NCBI GenBank assembly: GCA_012295275.1
Contig: CM022677.1
Coordinates: 14,446,001-14,510,000, forward strand
Length of the DNA stretch: 64,000 nucleotides
Origin: Chrysomallon squamiferum
Lineage: Eukaryota; Animalia; Mollusca
Reading direction: 5' to 3'
The position numbers and the translations under genes are program-made. Of this stretch, positions 25,891 through 36,838 are shown piece by piece (position 1 is the stretch's first letter; every line of letters starts with the position of its first letter). The notes below the pieces were generated by a model. The model was not told the DNA's origin, did not search any database, and saw nothing but the letters and a program-made list of their open reading frames with translations.

Positions 25891-28093
25891 ATGGATAGAT
25901 TTGTAGATTTACCTGAGGAAACGTACTACAGTGTTTTGGTTGGCCATGTCAACTATGACATGGTCCACCCGAAACATTTAGTTCCCCGTTTCCTGGCAAA
26001 AGACAAAGATGGAAAATTTGTCTATGCAACGGGGAAAAATTACATTAAATCCTATCAAATGGACAATCAAGAAATTATGGATAAACCTGTGGATCATTGG
26101 GCCACGCCCAATTACGAATATTTAGCTAGAGGACAGGACCGTGTTATTACAGAACTGAAAGCATTTGTCAGAAATAAAAACTGGAAAACATTGATGGTTT
26201 ACCATCAGAAGGAATGCGAAGCTATAAGTAATCATCCTACATACGGAACACATGTTCACATAATTTGGAAAACAACATTAAAAACGCCATCCCAAGATAG
26301 ACAGTATCGTCGATTACATCGAGCTGTATTAAACGAAAACGGATATTTAAAAATTATGAAACTCAAAGATCCTCAAAGACATCCGTTCAAGAGTATATGA
26401 AGTACTTAATGAATGATTCTGAAAAACAATTTTTGGGAACTAATGATCAAACCATGTTAAATATCTGGAATGAAATTGAAAAAGAGATACATGATAATGA
26501 CGCTGACATAATGAACATATTACACGATTTCTTTGATGCTTCCGGTTCAAAAAAATTAGACGCATCCATAATGACATCCAAAATTAGAGAGCCAATCCGT
26601 AAGGATGATGGATCAACATCTAAAGAAACAACACTAAATACATCTTCGACAAGTAAATTAGGAATGACAGTGAAGGAGATGAAGAAAGAAAATGATATAA
26701 TAGAGGCCATGGACACATCCGATAATAAAAAAGATGTGACAGATCAAAGTGATAAACCATCTATTCCGTCTCATCTCATCAATAATAAGTCAGCAGAAAC
26801 TTTAGATTTTTTTTATAAACTTATCAAACAGTATCCAGAGATAAATAAATTAAATTTGCTAATTGGTAAATTTGATACTAATAGCAATGAATTCAAGGCA
26901 TTGTGCAATGCTGTAGCAAATTCTTCTGGAGATAAGCTGTTTAAGGCAGCACGTTCCAAATATTTAGAGGAACAGTCAGATAGATCAGCCTTTGATCAGA
27001 TCCAAATGATGAATGACAATATCGAACACTATACGACACCAGACGATAGTTTCAAAATCTTCAACTCATGGTGTAGAGAACAGGATGTAGAAGAGAGGTG
27101 GTTGTATACACTAATTGTATCTTTACTGAAAGGCAAAGGAAAGAAGAAAATCGGTTTATATTTCCAAGGTGATTCGGATAGCGGTAAGACGATGATGTCA
27201 AGTTCAATGTTCGAGTGTGTGGCTACATCTGGAAAAATTGCCAAGGATAATTTTCCTTGGCAAATGTTGGTTGGAAAAAAGATAATACTTGGTGAAGAAA
27301 TATCAATTACACAGACAAACATAGACAAGTACAAAGACTTATTAAGTGGAAGTAAAGCAACATGCGAGAGGAAAGGCACGACACCTTGTTATTGTCGTGC
27401 TAACATCTGTTTGCTCAATTCGAATAATAAGTTTGGGGATGGTCTTACATCGTCTCAAATAAGTATAATGAAAACCAGATTGTTTCTAGTTCAAAATCTC
27501 AAACGAAGTAATGTTCTTAAGCACTGCTATAATCTGCTTCACCCAAAATTGTTTACTGTAGGGAGAGAACCGTCAGAAGACGAAATGAACATTGCTATGG
27601 AAAATGATAGAGAGTATTTTGCTAATAAAAACAACATCAGTATACATGATAATACATTTGAAGGAAGATTCAGTTATTTTACAGACAATTTCGATGACAG
27701 TCAGGTAGATTTTAAAGATGATAACATTCCAGTTGCTCCAGAACCATCAACTCAACAGATAAACCAGAATACATAACCATCTCGGATTCTGATGATGATC
27801 AAACATCATATAATCCATCACAAGATATTTTCATTTTATCTCAAAACAAATGCAAAACAGATAATGAGGTGAATAAAGGTACTAAACGAAAACGATATGA
27901 TGTCATTACAGAGGATATTTCAGATGATTCATTAGATCCCAACTTCATAACAGTAGATAATGAACCAGAAGATCCATCGGAAAAAAGATTTAAGTACTAT
28001 ATTCCACCTAGTCAGCCATTTGAATGTATGTTTAATGATACCATACCAGAAACACAGATGAATGTGTTTAACAAATATAAACAAGAATCATAA
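25891..28093 (+). pseudogene. NS1: Parvovirus NS1-like replication initiator (HUH endonuclease + SF3 helicase), about 730 codons, in three frames joined by two -1 frameshifts (~26375 and ~27752)
   Basis: HUH motif GTHVHIIW (HVH 26251-26259); YMKYL tyrosine motif at ~26394; Walker A GDSDSGKT 27168-27191; KDNFPW; Walker B IILGEE 27282-27299; B' KDLLSGSKATCERKG; motif C LLNSN; Arg finger KTRLF; acidic tail with KRKR. No in-frame stops once the shifts are corrected. Confidence 0.9.
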
Positions 28094-28172
28094 AGACAAT
28101 AAGTTATTAATGACATTATTAATTGTTTATTGAATATGTTTAATTGATATTAATGAAAATGTTAAATGTTCA

Positions 28173-28200
28173 AATAAAAAATGTTAAATAAATAAATGTA
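28173..28200 (+). terminator. Polyadenylation signals of the viral NS1-like gene
   Basis: AATAAA at 28173 and tandem AATAAATAAA at ~28187-28196, 80-100 nt after the stop. Confidence 0.55.
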
Positions 28201-28386
28201 TTAAAATTTATAAAAAGTGTTTGTCATCATAATATTTGTTAATAATATATAAATATATATATTATAAAATCATTATTCATATTTATTAATTATAAATACA
28301 ATTAACACGTGTGTACGAAATTGGGACATGATAGATCCCAACCTAACTCTTGTTATTGTAAATAAAACAAAGTATAACATGACTGA

Positions 28387-28536
28387 CATGACTTAAGATT
28401 ACAGACCTCACAAATTGGAAAGAGCCTCCCCATGCAACATCAAACAGTGGGTGTGTAGTGTGTCTGGAAAAGGCCAGACAACAAAATCCTAGTGCTGCAT
28501 ATAAGAACTTTCCCAAAAGGTCAGAAACATTCTAAG
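28387..28536 (+). mobile_element. piggyBac transposase pseudogene, 3' part (start of the Cys-rich domain)
   Basis: Across frameshifts reads HDLRLQ / HKLERASP / ATSNSGCVVCLEKARQQNPSAAYKNFPKRSETF, the CxxC...R..T pattern expected shortly after QLVGNY in PGBD4-like proteins. Confidence 0.72.
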
Positions 28537-29044
28537 GCTTAGAAATATATGAGACATCCAAATATAATTTCATGTAATAAATTGTTTAACAGCAAAAATA
28601 TATTTGTATTAAAAATGCTATGTTTGTTAATAAGAACTATAATGTGAGAGAGTATGTCCTCTCCATATTAAACTTCTATTTTAGTTTTGTTATTATATAT
28701 CTGAAATACATTCTTCCCTGTACTGTGATCTACAGTTTATGAGAATAAAGTCATTGTCACTGTACAAGTGAGTCACATCTCCTTTAAAAATACACATTAT
28801 ATTTGTCCTCAATTTTATTTGTAGAATTCTCTAGTTATTAATTATTACTCCTTTTTATATTTATAAATAAATAAATTAAATTAATTAATTAATAATTTAA
28901 ATACATAAATTAAATAAAAAAAGTAAAAAGATACAGAAAATCACAGTGTGATCTGTTATTTTTATAACTGCTGTGTCATTTCATGAGTTGTCTTAATAAT
29001 TATTCCTTATTATATTATATTTTCATGTACGCTTTTCAATTACT

Positions 29045-29530
29045 TGACACCAGACTGTTGACTCACATTATCAATAGTCTCTTGTATCCATTCTCTGGAA
29101 AATGCACTGGATTTTTGTGATGATGAAGTAGGGGATAGGGACCTGGGTACATTGATCCACTCTGAATCAGGTACAGGACTGTCAATATGGTGAGACATCA
29201 CTCTCATGAATGCTGTCTTCCCTAGTCTCATCTTGCTCTGCATCAGCTACAGCCTCTATTTGCTTATCTCTGTTTTCTTTATCTTCACATCCAGCTTCAT
29301 TCTCAGAGTGGCAATCTCAGACGTCACCTGCTGCTCAACTTTCTGGCTGTTGTCTTTGGCACCATCATGCAGAGCAATCGCTGTCATCTACCAAGTTGTT
29401 TTGTTTTGCAGCGTAGCAGATGAAGTGTTTTTACCAGCATCAGCTTGTTTTCACAAGAATGCAGACTTCAATTGCTCTCTGCTCTTTCCATCTTCTTCCT
29501 GTCATGCTGCATTCAAACCAACGATATATC
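29045..29530 (-). pseudogene. CAMSAP: CAMSAP/Patronin fragment (first coiled coil region) with premature stops
   Basis: VTSEIATLRMKLDVKIKKTEISK*RL*LMQSKMRLGKTAFMRVM matches CAMSAP CC1 'SEMVHLRMKLEEKRRAIEAQKKKME...RQKMGRTAFLTVV' from memory. Confidence 0.8.
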
Positions 29531-29556
29531 CATAAGCATCTTTCAAACATTTAATT

Positions 29557-30173
29557 TCACACACACACACTATTATCAGAGTAGCAGTGATCACTATTCC
29601 TGACACAAACATACACACCCACACATACTATTATCAGAGTAGCAGTGATCACTATTGCTGATACACTCACTAACACAGCCACACTAACACATAATATTAT
29701 CAGAGAAGCAATTATCACTATTGCTGATACACTCACACACACTATTATCAGACTAGCAGTTATCACTATTGCTGATATACACACACACAAACACACATGC
29801 ACACACACAAACATACTATTACCAGATACACAAACACACACCATTTTCAGAGTTTAAATTATCAGTATTGCTGATACACTCAAACACAAACACACATATA
29901 TTATTATCAGAGTAGCAGTTATCACTTTTGCTGATATACACACACCCATACACAACACACACTACTATCAGAGTAGCAGTTATCACTATTGTGGATACAC
30001 TCAAACATTCACATGCACATAGACTATTATCAGTGTAGCAGTTGTCACTATTGCTGTTAAACTCATAAAGACACATGCACACATACTATTATCAGAGTAG
30101 CAATCATCAATATTGCTGACAGACAGATACATACCGATATCAGAGTAGAAATTATCAGTATTGCTGATACACT

Positions 30174-30222
<49 letters not shown>

Positions 30223-30600
30223 TATCAGAGTAGCAGTTTTGACTATTCCTGATACACTCACAAAGACATACACACTCATACTATTATCCCAGAAGCAGTT
30301 ATCACTATTGCTGATACACGCACACAAACATAGACATACACCGATATTATTATCAGAGAAGAAATTATCTCTATTGCTGATACACATACACTATTATCAA
30401 AGTAGCATTTATCACTATTGCAGATATACACACACCTATCTACACATGCACACACACATACATACTATTATCAGAATAGCAGTTATCATTATTGCTCACA
30501 CTCACTCACAGACACACTATTTCACTATTGCTGATACACTCACAAACACACAAACAGACTATTATCAGAGCAATTATCTCTATTGCTGATACACACACTC
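29557..30600. repeat. Degenerate satellite: ~38-bp core interleaved with CA-rich spacers
   Basis: Core ACTATTATCAGAGTAGCAGTTATCACTATTGCTGATACAC repeated many times. Confidence 0.92.
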
Positions 30601-30976
30601 TCACTAACTCTCAGGAATATAAATATAAGTAAATTGAAATTAGAAAATTAATTACAAAGGGCTGAAAGACAAACTCAGAGACAGAGAACATGAGAATAAA
30701 AGCAAAAAGGAAACAAGCAGTTTATACATATGTAAAACCTTAATAACAAATATATAATAATTAATACAACTCCAAATATATAACAAAACAAAATATTTAT
30801 ATGCATTAAAAATATCTACATAAAATTATTTCATAATAAAAAGTTTAGTTTAATGTTCTTAGCATATGGTTTAACTAAATTGTATATGCCAGATAGAGAA
30901 AGATTAGGCTTATAGAATATATATAGAATAATTATTCAAATATTACAAAAATTTATAAAATTTAAAAAACAATTAC

Positions 30977-31291
30977 CTGAATTAAGTTTAACTAAAACGT
31001 CAATGATAGACACAGAAAGATCAGGACAATTTCTAATGTCCACGTCTTTCAAAGAAAGGAGTTTTGGAAACTCAAACAGCTGGTTGGTTAAACAACTGGA
31101 GTTCAGACTTAATTCCTGTACAGAACCTGTGACTGTTTTGGAATCTGGAATATCTGAAATAAATGAAAAACAGTATTAACAAACCTGATAACTGTATCTT
31201 AACTATCAGCAGAAAAAGAAAAAAAAAGTTCAAAAAATATAATCTAGATAGTTATAGAATGAAATACACGTTTGTGTATGTATATATACAT

Positions 31292-31357
<66 letters not shown>

Positions 31358-31489
31358 TATATATATTTTACAAATCTAAATTTACCATCAACTGTAAGTG
31401 TTTCGTTGTTAACTTTTGCATCATTCAGATAAAAAAAACTGAATACAAGATTAAGTGATCCCAGCTGGTAATAAAAAACAAATAAAAAC

Positions 31490-31522
<33 letters not shown>

Positions 31523-32042
31523 TCACAATGTGCAGAATTTACATGATCAGAAAATAATTTAATGTCAGTGATTAAAATAAGCATAGTATGCACAAAAATA
31601 ATATTGAGCTAATTATTTCTGATTGGCTGATTTCTCTCTGAAGATTGGTTGGTTAGTCATTCTGTGCTTTCATTGGTTAAATCTCTATCTGTAGTCTGAT
31701 TGGTTAATCAGGCTGCGATCTGATTGACTAGTTAGTGACACACCCACCTGATTGCTGCAGTTATTAAGTTCTGAGAGAAGAGTTTTCTGTGACTGCAGTA
31801 CACAAATCTTTACACTCATATTACACTGAGTCACTCATTCAGACAATAACTCACATCCTGGCTTCTGTTAATAAAAATAAATAATATTAATGAAATAAAA
31901 CTAATATTAAAATTTTATATACATACACAGAGAAAGACAGATGATGACAGACATATATTGTTAAAGATTATAAAAACGCATACACCTGCACAAAACACTA
32001 TTTCACCTATACATTAACACACACACACACACACACACACAT

Positions 32043-32079
<37 letters not shown>

Positions 32080-34724
32080 TAGATAGATGGATTTTGTTAA
32101 TGCAGATACTGTTGATGTTGTTGTTATAACAACTAATGTAATTGTTTATCATCAACTACTACTACAATTTTAACCATTATTTACTATTACACTTTTCATC
32201 TGAACACAGTAAATTGTTTAAGTTGTGAAACTTCCTCTCACCTTTAAAGCAGCAGCCAGTCCTTTAGTGAGAGCAGTTTTATCAGATAATCCATTACTAG
32301 ACAGATCTAGTTCTGTGAGTCCAGTGTTTAGTGAGAGCAGTTTTATCAGATAATCCATTACGAGACAGATCTAGTTCTGTGAGTCCAGGGTTTAGTGAGA
32401 GCAGGTTTATCAGATAATCCATTACTAGACAGATCTAGTTCTGTGAGTCCAGTGTTTAGTGACAGCAGTTTTATCAGATAATCCATTACTAGACAGATCT
32501 AGTTCTGTGAGTCCAGTGTTTAGTGACAGCAGTTTTATCAGATAATCCATTACTAGACAGATCTAGTTCTGTGAGTCCAGTGTTTAGTGAGAGCAGTTTT
32601 ATCAGATAATCCATTACTAGACAGATCTAGTTCTGTGAGTCCAGTGTTTTCTACTAGAGTCAATGAGAGGAGTTTCAAATCAGTGGAGCCTACACATAGC
32701 TCTGAAAATCAGTAGATATCAGTAGTGCTGAAATTATAGAGAAATTATTATGAAAAGTAAAATAGTGGCAGATAAAGAAAAGTTAATAAAATGACATGAT
32801 TAAAAAAATAAGAAAAAGAAAACCGAGAGTTTTAAGTTTTGTGTTTTCTTTAAGAGCTGGACTGACACAGTGAGAGAAGTAATCATTTCCTAGAGAATTA
32901 CTCAACACATCCAAATATTCCTGTTTACCAACAATATTTTGACTACACAGTGCTAGAAACAAAACCCTCAGGTTGTGTGTATTAGCAGTAAAAACTATTA
33001 ATACAGAATGTTAATACTTATTTATTATTAAAATGTAGTTAGTAGAAGACATCATAATGTTTTAACAGTAGTAACAGCAGATGTAGTAATACCAGTAGTA
33101 GAACTAGTAGAAGCAGTAGCAGTTGTAGTAGTAGTAGTAGTAGTAGTAATTATATTAGTAACAGCAGCAGCAGAATTTGTAGTTGTAGTATTAGTGCTAA
33201 TAGTACCAGGAGTAGTAATAGTTGAAGTATTAATAATAGAGTAGTAACAATGGTAGTAGTTGTAGTATTAGTGGTAATCGTACTAGTAGCAGTAATAGTG
33301 GTAATAATTGTAGTATTAGTAGTAACAGTATTAGTAGTAACAGTACTAGTTGTAGTAATAGTGGTAATAGTTTCTAGTATTAGTAAAGCAACAGTAGTAG
33401 TAGTAATAGTTTGTAATATTGTTGTTATTATGATTATTGTTATTGTTATTATTTTTTTGTTATTATTACTGTTATTATTATTATAAAACATTTTATAACA
33501 GTTATAATTAAGATTACTCACAGCACTCTCAGTGTCTGTTTTGTTGGTGGTGAGGCTAAGGAAGATCACTGTTGTGTTAGAACACACTGCCAAACACACA
33601 GCTCAGAAAGCCTGGGGTCCAAAACTGTTTCCTGATAAATTTAAAACCTAGTTAAAAAAATAACGAAAATACAGAACGCTAAATTATTCAGTAGGTTGTA
33701 ATTTTACATAAAATAATTAAAAGGTTAATAATAATTAATGTGAATATTATGTAATTCAGTATGATTATATTTCAAATAAGTTAAAAATAATAAGAAAATA
33801 AACAAATGATAAATAGATAGATACATACATCAAATAGATAGACAGAAGATAGTCAGAAAGATTAATAATTAAATAAAAATAAATAAACTAAAAATAATCA
33901 ACTTTCTACTAAAACTTGTTTTAAGAGCATTTTTATAAATTAAAACTATAAATAAATTTAAAATTATTTAAATTTTCTTCTTCTAAAGCTATTTATGTTC
34001 AGAACTAACAAAAGAGAACTTAAAGAAAGATAATATAAAATATTTTCTTTCTTTGTCATACTTCAAAATATTACAACTTTCAAAATAATTTTTAAAAACA
34101 TAAAGAAAAGAAAGGAAGAAAAAAGAAAGAAAAATAAAACATGATTATTAGGAACAAATAAGAAATGATACATAAAGATAGAGACAGAAAAACAGATAAG
34201 TATATAGTAAGTAGAGACATAGTAAGAAAGATAAACATATTCATCTGAACATTTACAAGGAAAGAAATACAGACAAACAAAAGCAGAGATAGAAATAAAA
34301 TAAATAAATAGGGAGGTAGGTACAGAAAGAGAAACAGACAGATAGACTAAGACATATTTACAGATTTACCTGAATATTTTTCAAAGATTTAAAATGTGAA
34401 TAAGTGGAAATGTTGGTGTAAAAGCTTGTGGCAGTTTAAGTCTTGGTCTGGCTGCTTTCAACAAAAACTCCAGTTTCACAAGAAGATTAATGAGTTGAAT
34501 CACATGATCAAACATTTTCTGTTCCCTTTCTTTCTAAGACATTATTTTTTACCAAAATACCTCTGGCATTTGTGGTGTTTGTGGTTTCTTTTCTAGTGTG
34601 TCTGGATCATTCTTGGCACAGTCTGAGTTTGAGTTTTTAGTGGTTGGTCTGGTGATGTCAGTTTGTCTCGGGTCTAATGGTGGTACTGGTGTTGTTGTTG
34701 CCAACTGCTGTTTCTTTTTCAGTT
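30977..34724 (-). pseudogene. Multi-exon RNI/NLR-type leucine-rich-repeat gene, disrupted copy A
   Basis: Exon-like blocks: 34724-34370; ~33648-33523 VLNLSGNSFGPQAF*AVCLAVCSNTTVIFLSL; ~32920-32824 EYLDVLSNSLGNDYFSHCVSPALKENTKLKTL; ~32701-32242 LTLVENTGLTELDLSSNGLSDK; ~31864-31748 (degraded); 31153-30977 VQELSLNSSCLT...LKDVDIRNCPDLS. Stops and frameshifts present. Confidence 0.8.
32263..32648. repeat. 64-bp minisatellite (6 copies) formed from LRR-coding sequence
   Basis: (G/C)AGCAG(T/G)TTTATCAGATAAT anchors at 32271, 32335, 32399, 32463, 32527 and 32591. Confidence 0.95.
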
Positions 34725-34984
34725 CTGTGGAAAAAAAAAAATAAAAATAGAAAGAAAAAAATTAAATATATAATAAACAAAGAGGGCAGACCTTGAAATT
34801 AAGAGAAAACATTAAGTGAATATAAATACAAATATTTATCCAAATCATTGGTAACTATTTAAAATACAAGCAAGTTATCAGAATAATACTGGTTCTAAAA
34901 AAATCACTAATAATAATAATTTCCAGAAAACAAAATATATTGACAATACAAGTTTACACTTCATTACTGTTTGGGTTTGTTTGG

Positions 34985-35150
34985 CCATTAAATAGAGCTG
35001 TTAGGGAATACAGAATATCTATTAAAGAAAAAATGAAAATACTAAAAACTTCAAATCCCAAAGAGTATTTGTCAAATCTGAACAACAGTAAGCAGAGATG
35101 GTCAGATGATTCTTTATTTTATTTTTTCAAAACTCTTAACAGCAACATAA
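34985..35150 (+). mobile_element. Short LINE ORF2 remnant (linker between endonuclease and RT)
   Basis: LNRAVREYRISIKEKMKILKTSNPKEYLSNLN resembles the 'L..LK..NPKEYW..LN' segment of CR1/L2-like elements. Confidence 0.45.
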
Positions 35151-35735
35151 AAAAAAAAATAATAATAATAAACTGTTATAAATAAATAACTAATGTTTCT
35201 GTTATTATTAAAATTTAAACTGTACTGGTACCAGTTACTGGATTATTCAGACACAAAGGGGTGTGGGATATTTTTGATATACTTTGTATAATCATTATAA
35301 TGATAATGATGATAATGGTATTAATTTAATTAATTAACAAAACAATAGCAAATAAATGTTTATTATTATGGTATTTTACAATCAGTAATGAGTTGTTACT
35401 ATAAAATTTATTTCACTTTCTCTAAGAAATAAAAATAAGATAAATAAGATACAACTTGGAACTGTGCAGTCTGCAGTGTCTGTACAGCTGATTCATCCTT
35501 CTCCATAACATAAATTGCCTTTCTAGACAGCAGCCGAATAATACAGCAATTACCTGTATAAAAGATTTATCATTAATTCGTAAACAAAGATTTTAGCAAT
35601 TCCAACATGAACATGACACTTTTTTTTTCTTTTTATTTTCTATCTACATTTGTCTGATAAATGCATTTTTGTTTGCTTATTATCATTCATGCAATATGTC
35701 TCTCTCACACACAAACACTCACATACAAATGTCCG

Positions 35736-35781
<46 letters not shown>

Positions 35782-35849
35782 AAAATTAATAAAAGAACAT
35801 ACCCTGCCACTGTTGAAGGTTTTCTGAAAACATTCTAACACAGGCCTGA

Positions 35850-36336
35850 CACAGCACTTGACACCAGACTGTTGGTTCACATTATCACTAGTCTCTAGTA
35901 TCCCTTCTCTGAAACTCTGTGATGATGAAGTAGGGGACAGGGACCTGGGTGCATTCGTCCCACTTTGAATCATGTACAGGACTAGCTTGGTCCATCGAAT
36001 GAGGCGAGACATCACCTGCTGCTCAACTTCCTGGCTGCTGCCTTTGCACACAGCCAATCCAGTCATCTATCAAATTGTTTTGTTTGGCAGTGTAGCAGAT
36101 GAAGTCTTTTTACCAGCATCAGCTGAATGTAAACCATCGATACATCATATTATAGTATTCCAGCAGCACTTGCACTCTACAGAGGGTTCTGGTCAATGAT
36201 TGTGTAGGAGGATAAGATATTTATAAAATATTTCACTCACTTCTGATTTTTCATAGAAACATTCTTTAAATTCATTTGGAATATTTTCTCCTTATACTTT
36301 CTGCAATATCCATACCAATGATGATTTTAATTGGTC
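35850..36336 (-). pseudogene. CAMSAP: Second CAMSAP/Patronin fragment: N-terminal exon (36336-36241) beside an internally deleted paralog of 29045-29450
   Basis: 96-nt exon bounded by AG and GTGAGT, DQLKSSLVWILQKV*GENIPNEFKECFYEKSE, resembling Patronin 'KQRASVKWLLSKAFNNRVPDNLKEPFY'. 35855-36125 aligns by eye to 29042-29445. Confidence 0.72.
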
Positions 36337-36778
36337 CTGGAAAACATCAAAAATAAATAAATATTAGTAATGAAATGAAAAAAAAAAAAATAATAATAAT
36401 AATAAAGACCTTATACATTCGTGGGTTTATATTGTATGAGTTGAACATTTTGTAATACATATAGGTGTCATAAAGCAATTAATATCAACCAGGTACATTA
36501 TCTGTAGATACAGATGTAAATAGTTTTGTGATGCCATAGTATTAGTCATATTATCTGCATAAGACTCCTACTTCAAAAAATAATCATTTCAGTAGTGTTT
36601 TGTGCATGTATTAATATTGTTTGTGATTATGATTATAAATTATCTCTGTGTGTGTGTATATGTGTGTGTGTCTGTGTGTGTTAAATATTATTATAACAAA
36701 TAATTTTATTAAAGTTTTACAGTGGCTACATATGAAATAACCTGGTCATATATTAAAAAAATAATAATAAAAATAAAA

Positions 36779-36838
<60 letters not shown>

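Larger units (their letters stand above)
25312..28386 (+). mobile_element. Endogenous viral element from a parvo-like ssDNA virus, inserted in the piggyBac transposase; junctions approximate
   Basis: Intronless, microsatellite-free, ORF-dense 3-kb block with HUH and SF3 helicase motifs. piggyBac coding sequence stops at ~25311 and resumes at ~28387. Confidence 0.88.

Noticed and set aside
26447-27379. Minus-strand ORFs 26447..26716 and 27029..27379 as ambisense viral genes
   Set aside because: Short antisense shadows of the NS1 frame with no recognisable motifs.
25891-28093. Helitron RepHel or a host AAA+ ATPase
   Set aside because: The helicase motifs are SF3 (compact A, B, B', C), not the PIF1/SF1 type of Helitrons, and the gene is intronless with an N-terminal HUH.
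29557-30600. Conserved core plus variable spacer resembling a CRISPR-like array beside the viral insertion
   Set aside because: Spacers are low-complexity CA runs, the cores are degenerate, and I see no spacer matching the viral segment; this is a compound satellite.
33150-33599. Thr/Ile/Leu-rich membrane- or mucin-like ORFs (also 57474-57849 and 51304-51951)
   Set aside because: Translations of degenerate (TAG/TAC)n or (CT)n tracts; only the first ~25 codons of 33150..33599 overlap a real LRR exon.
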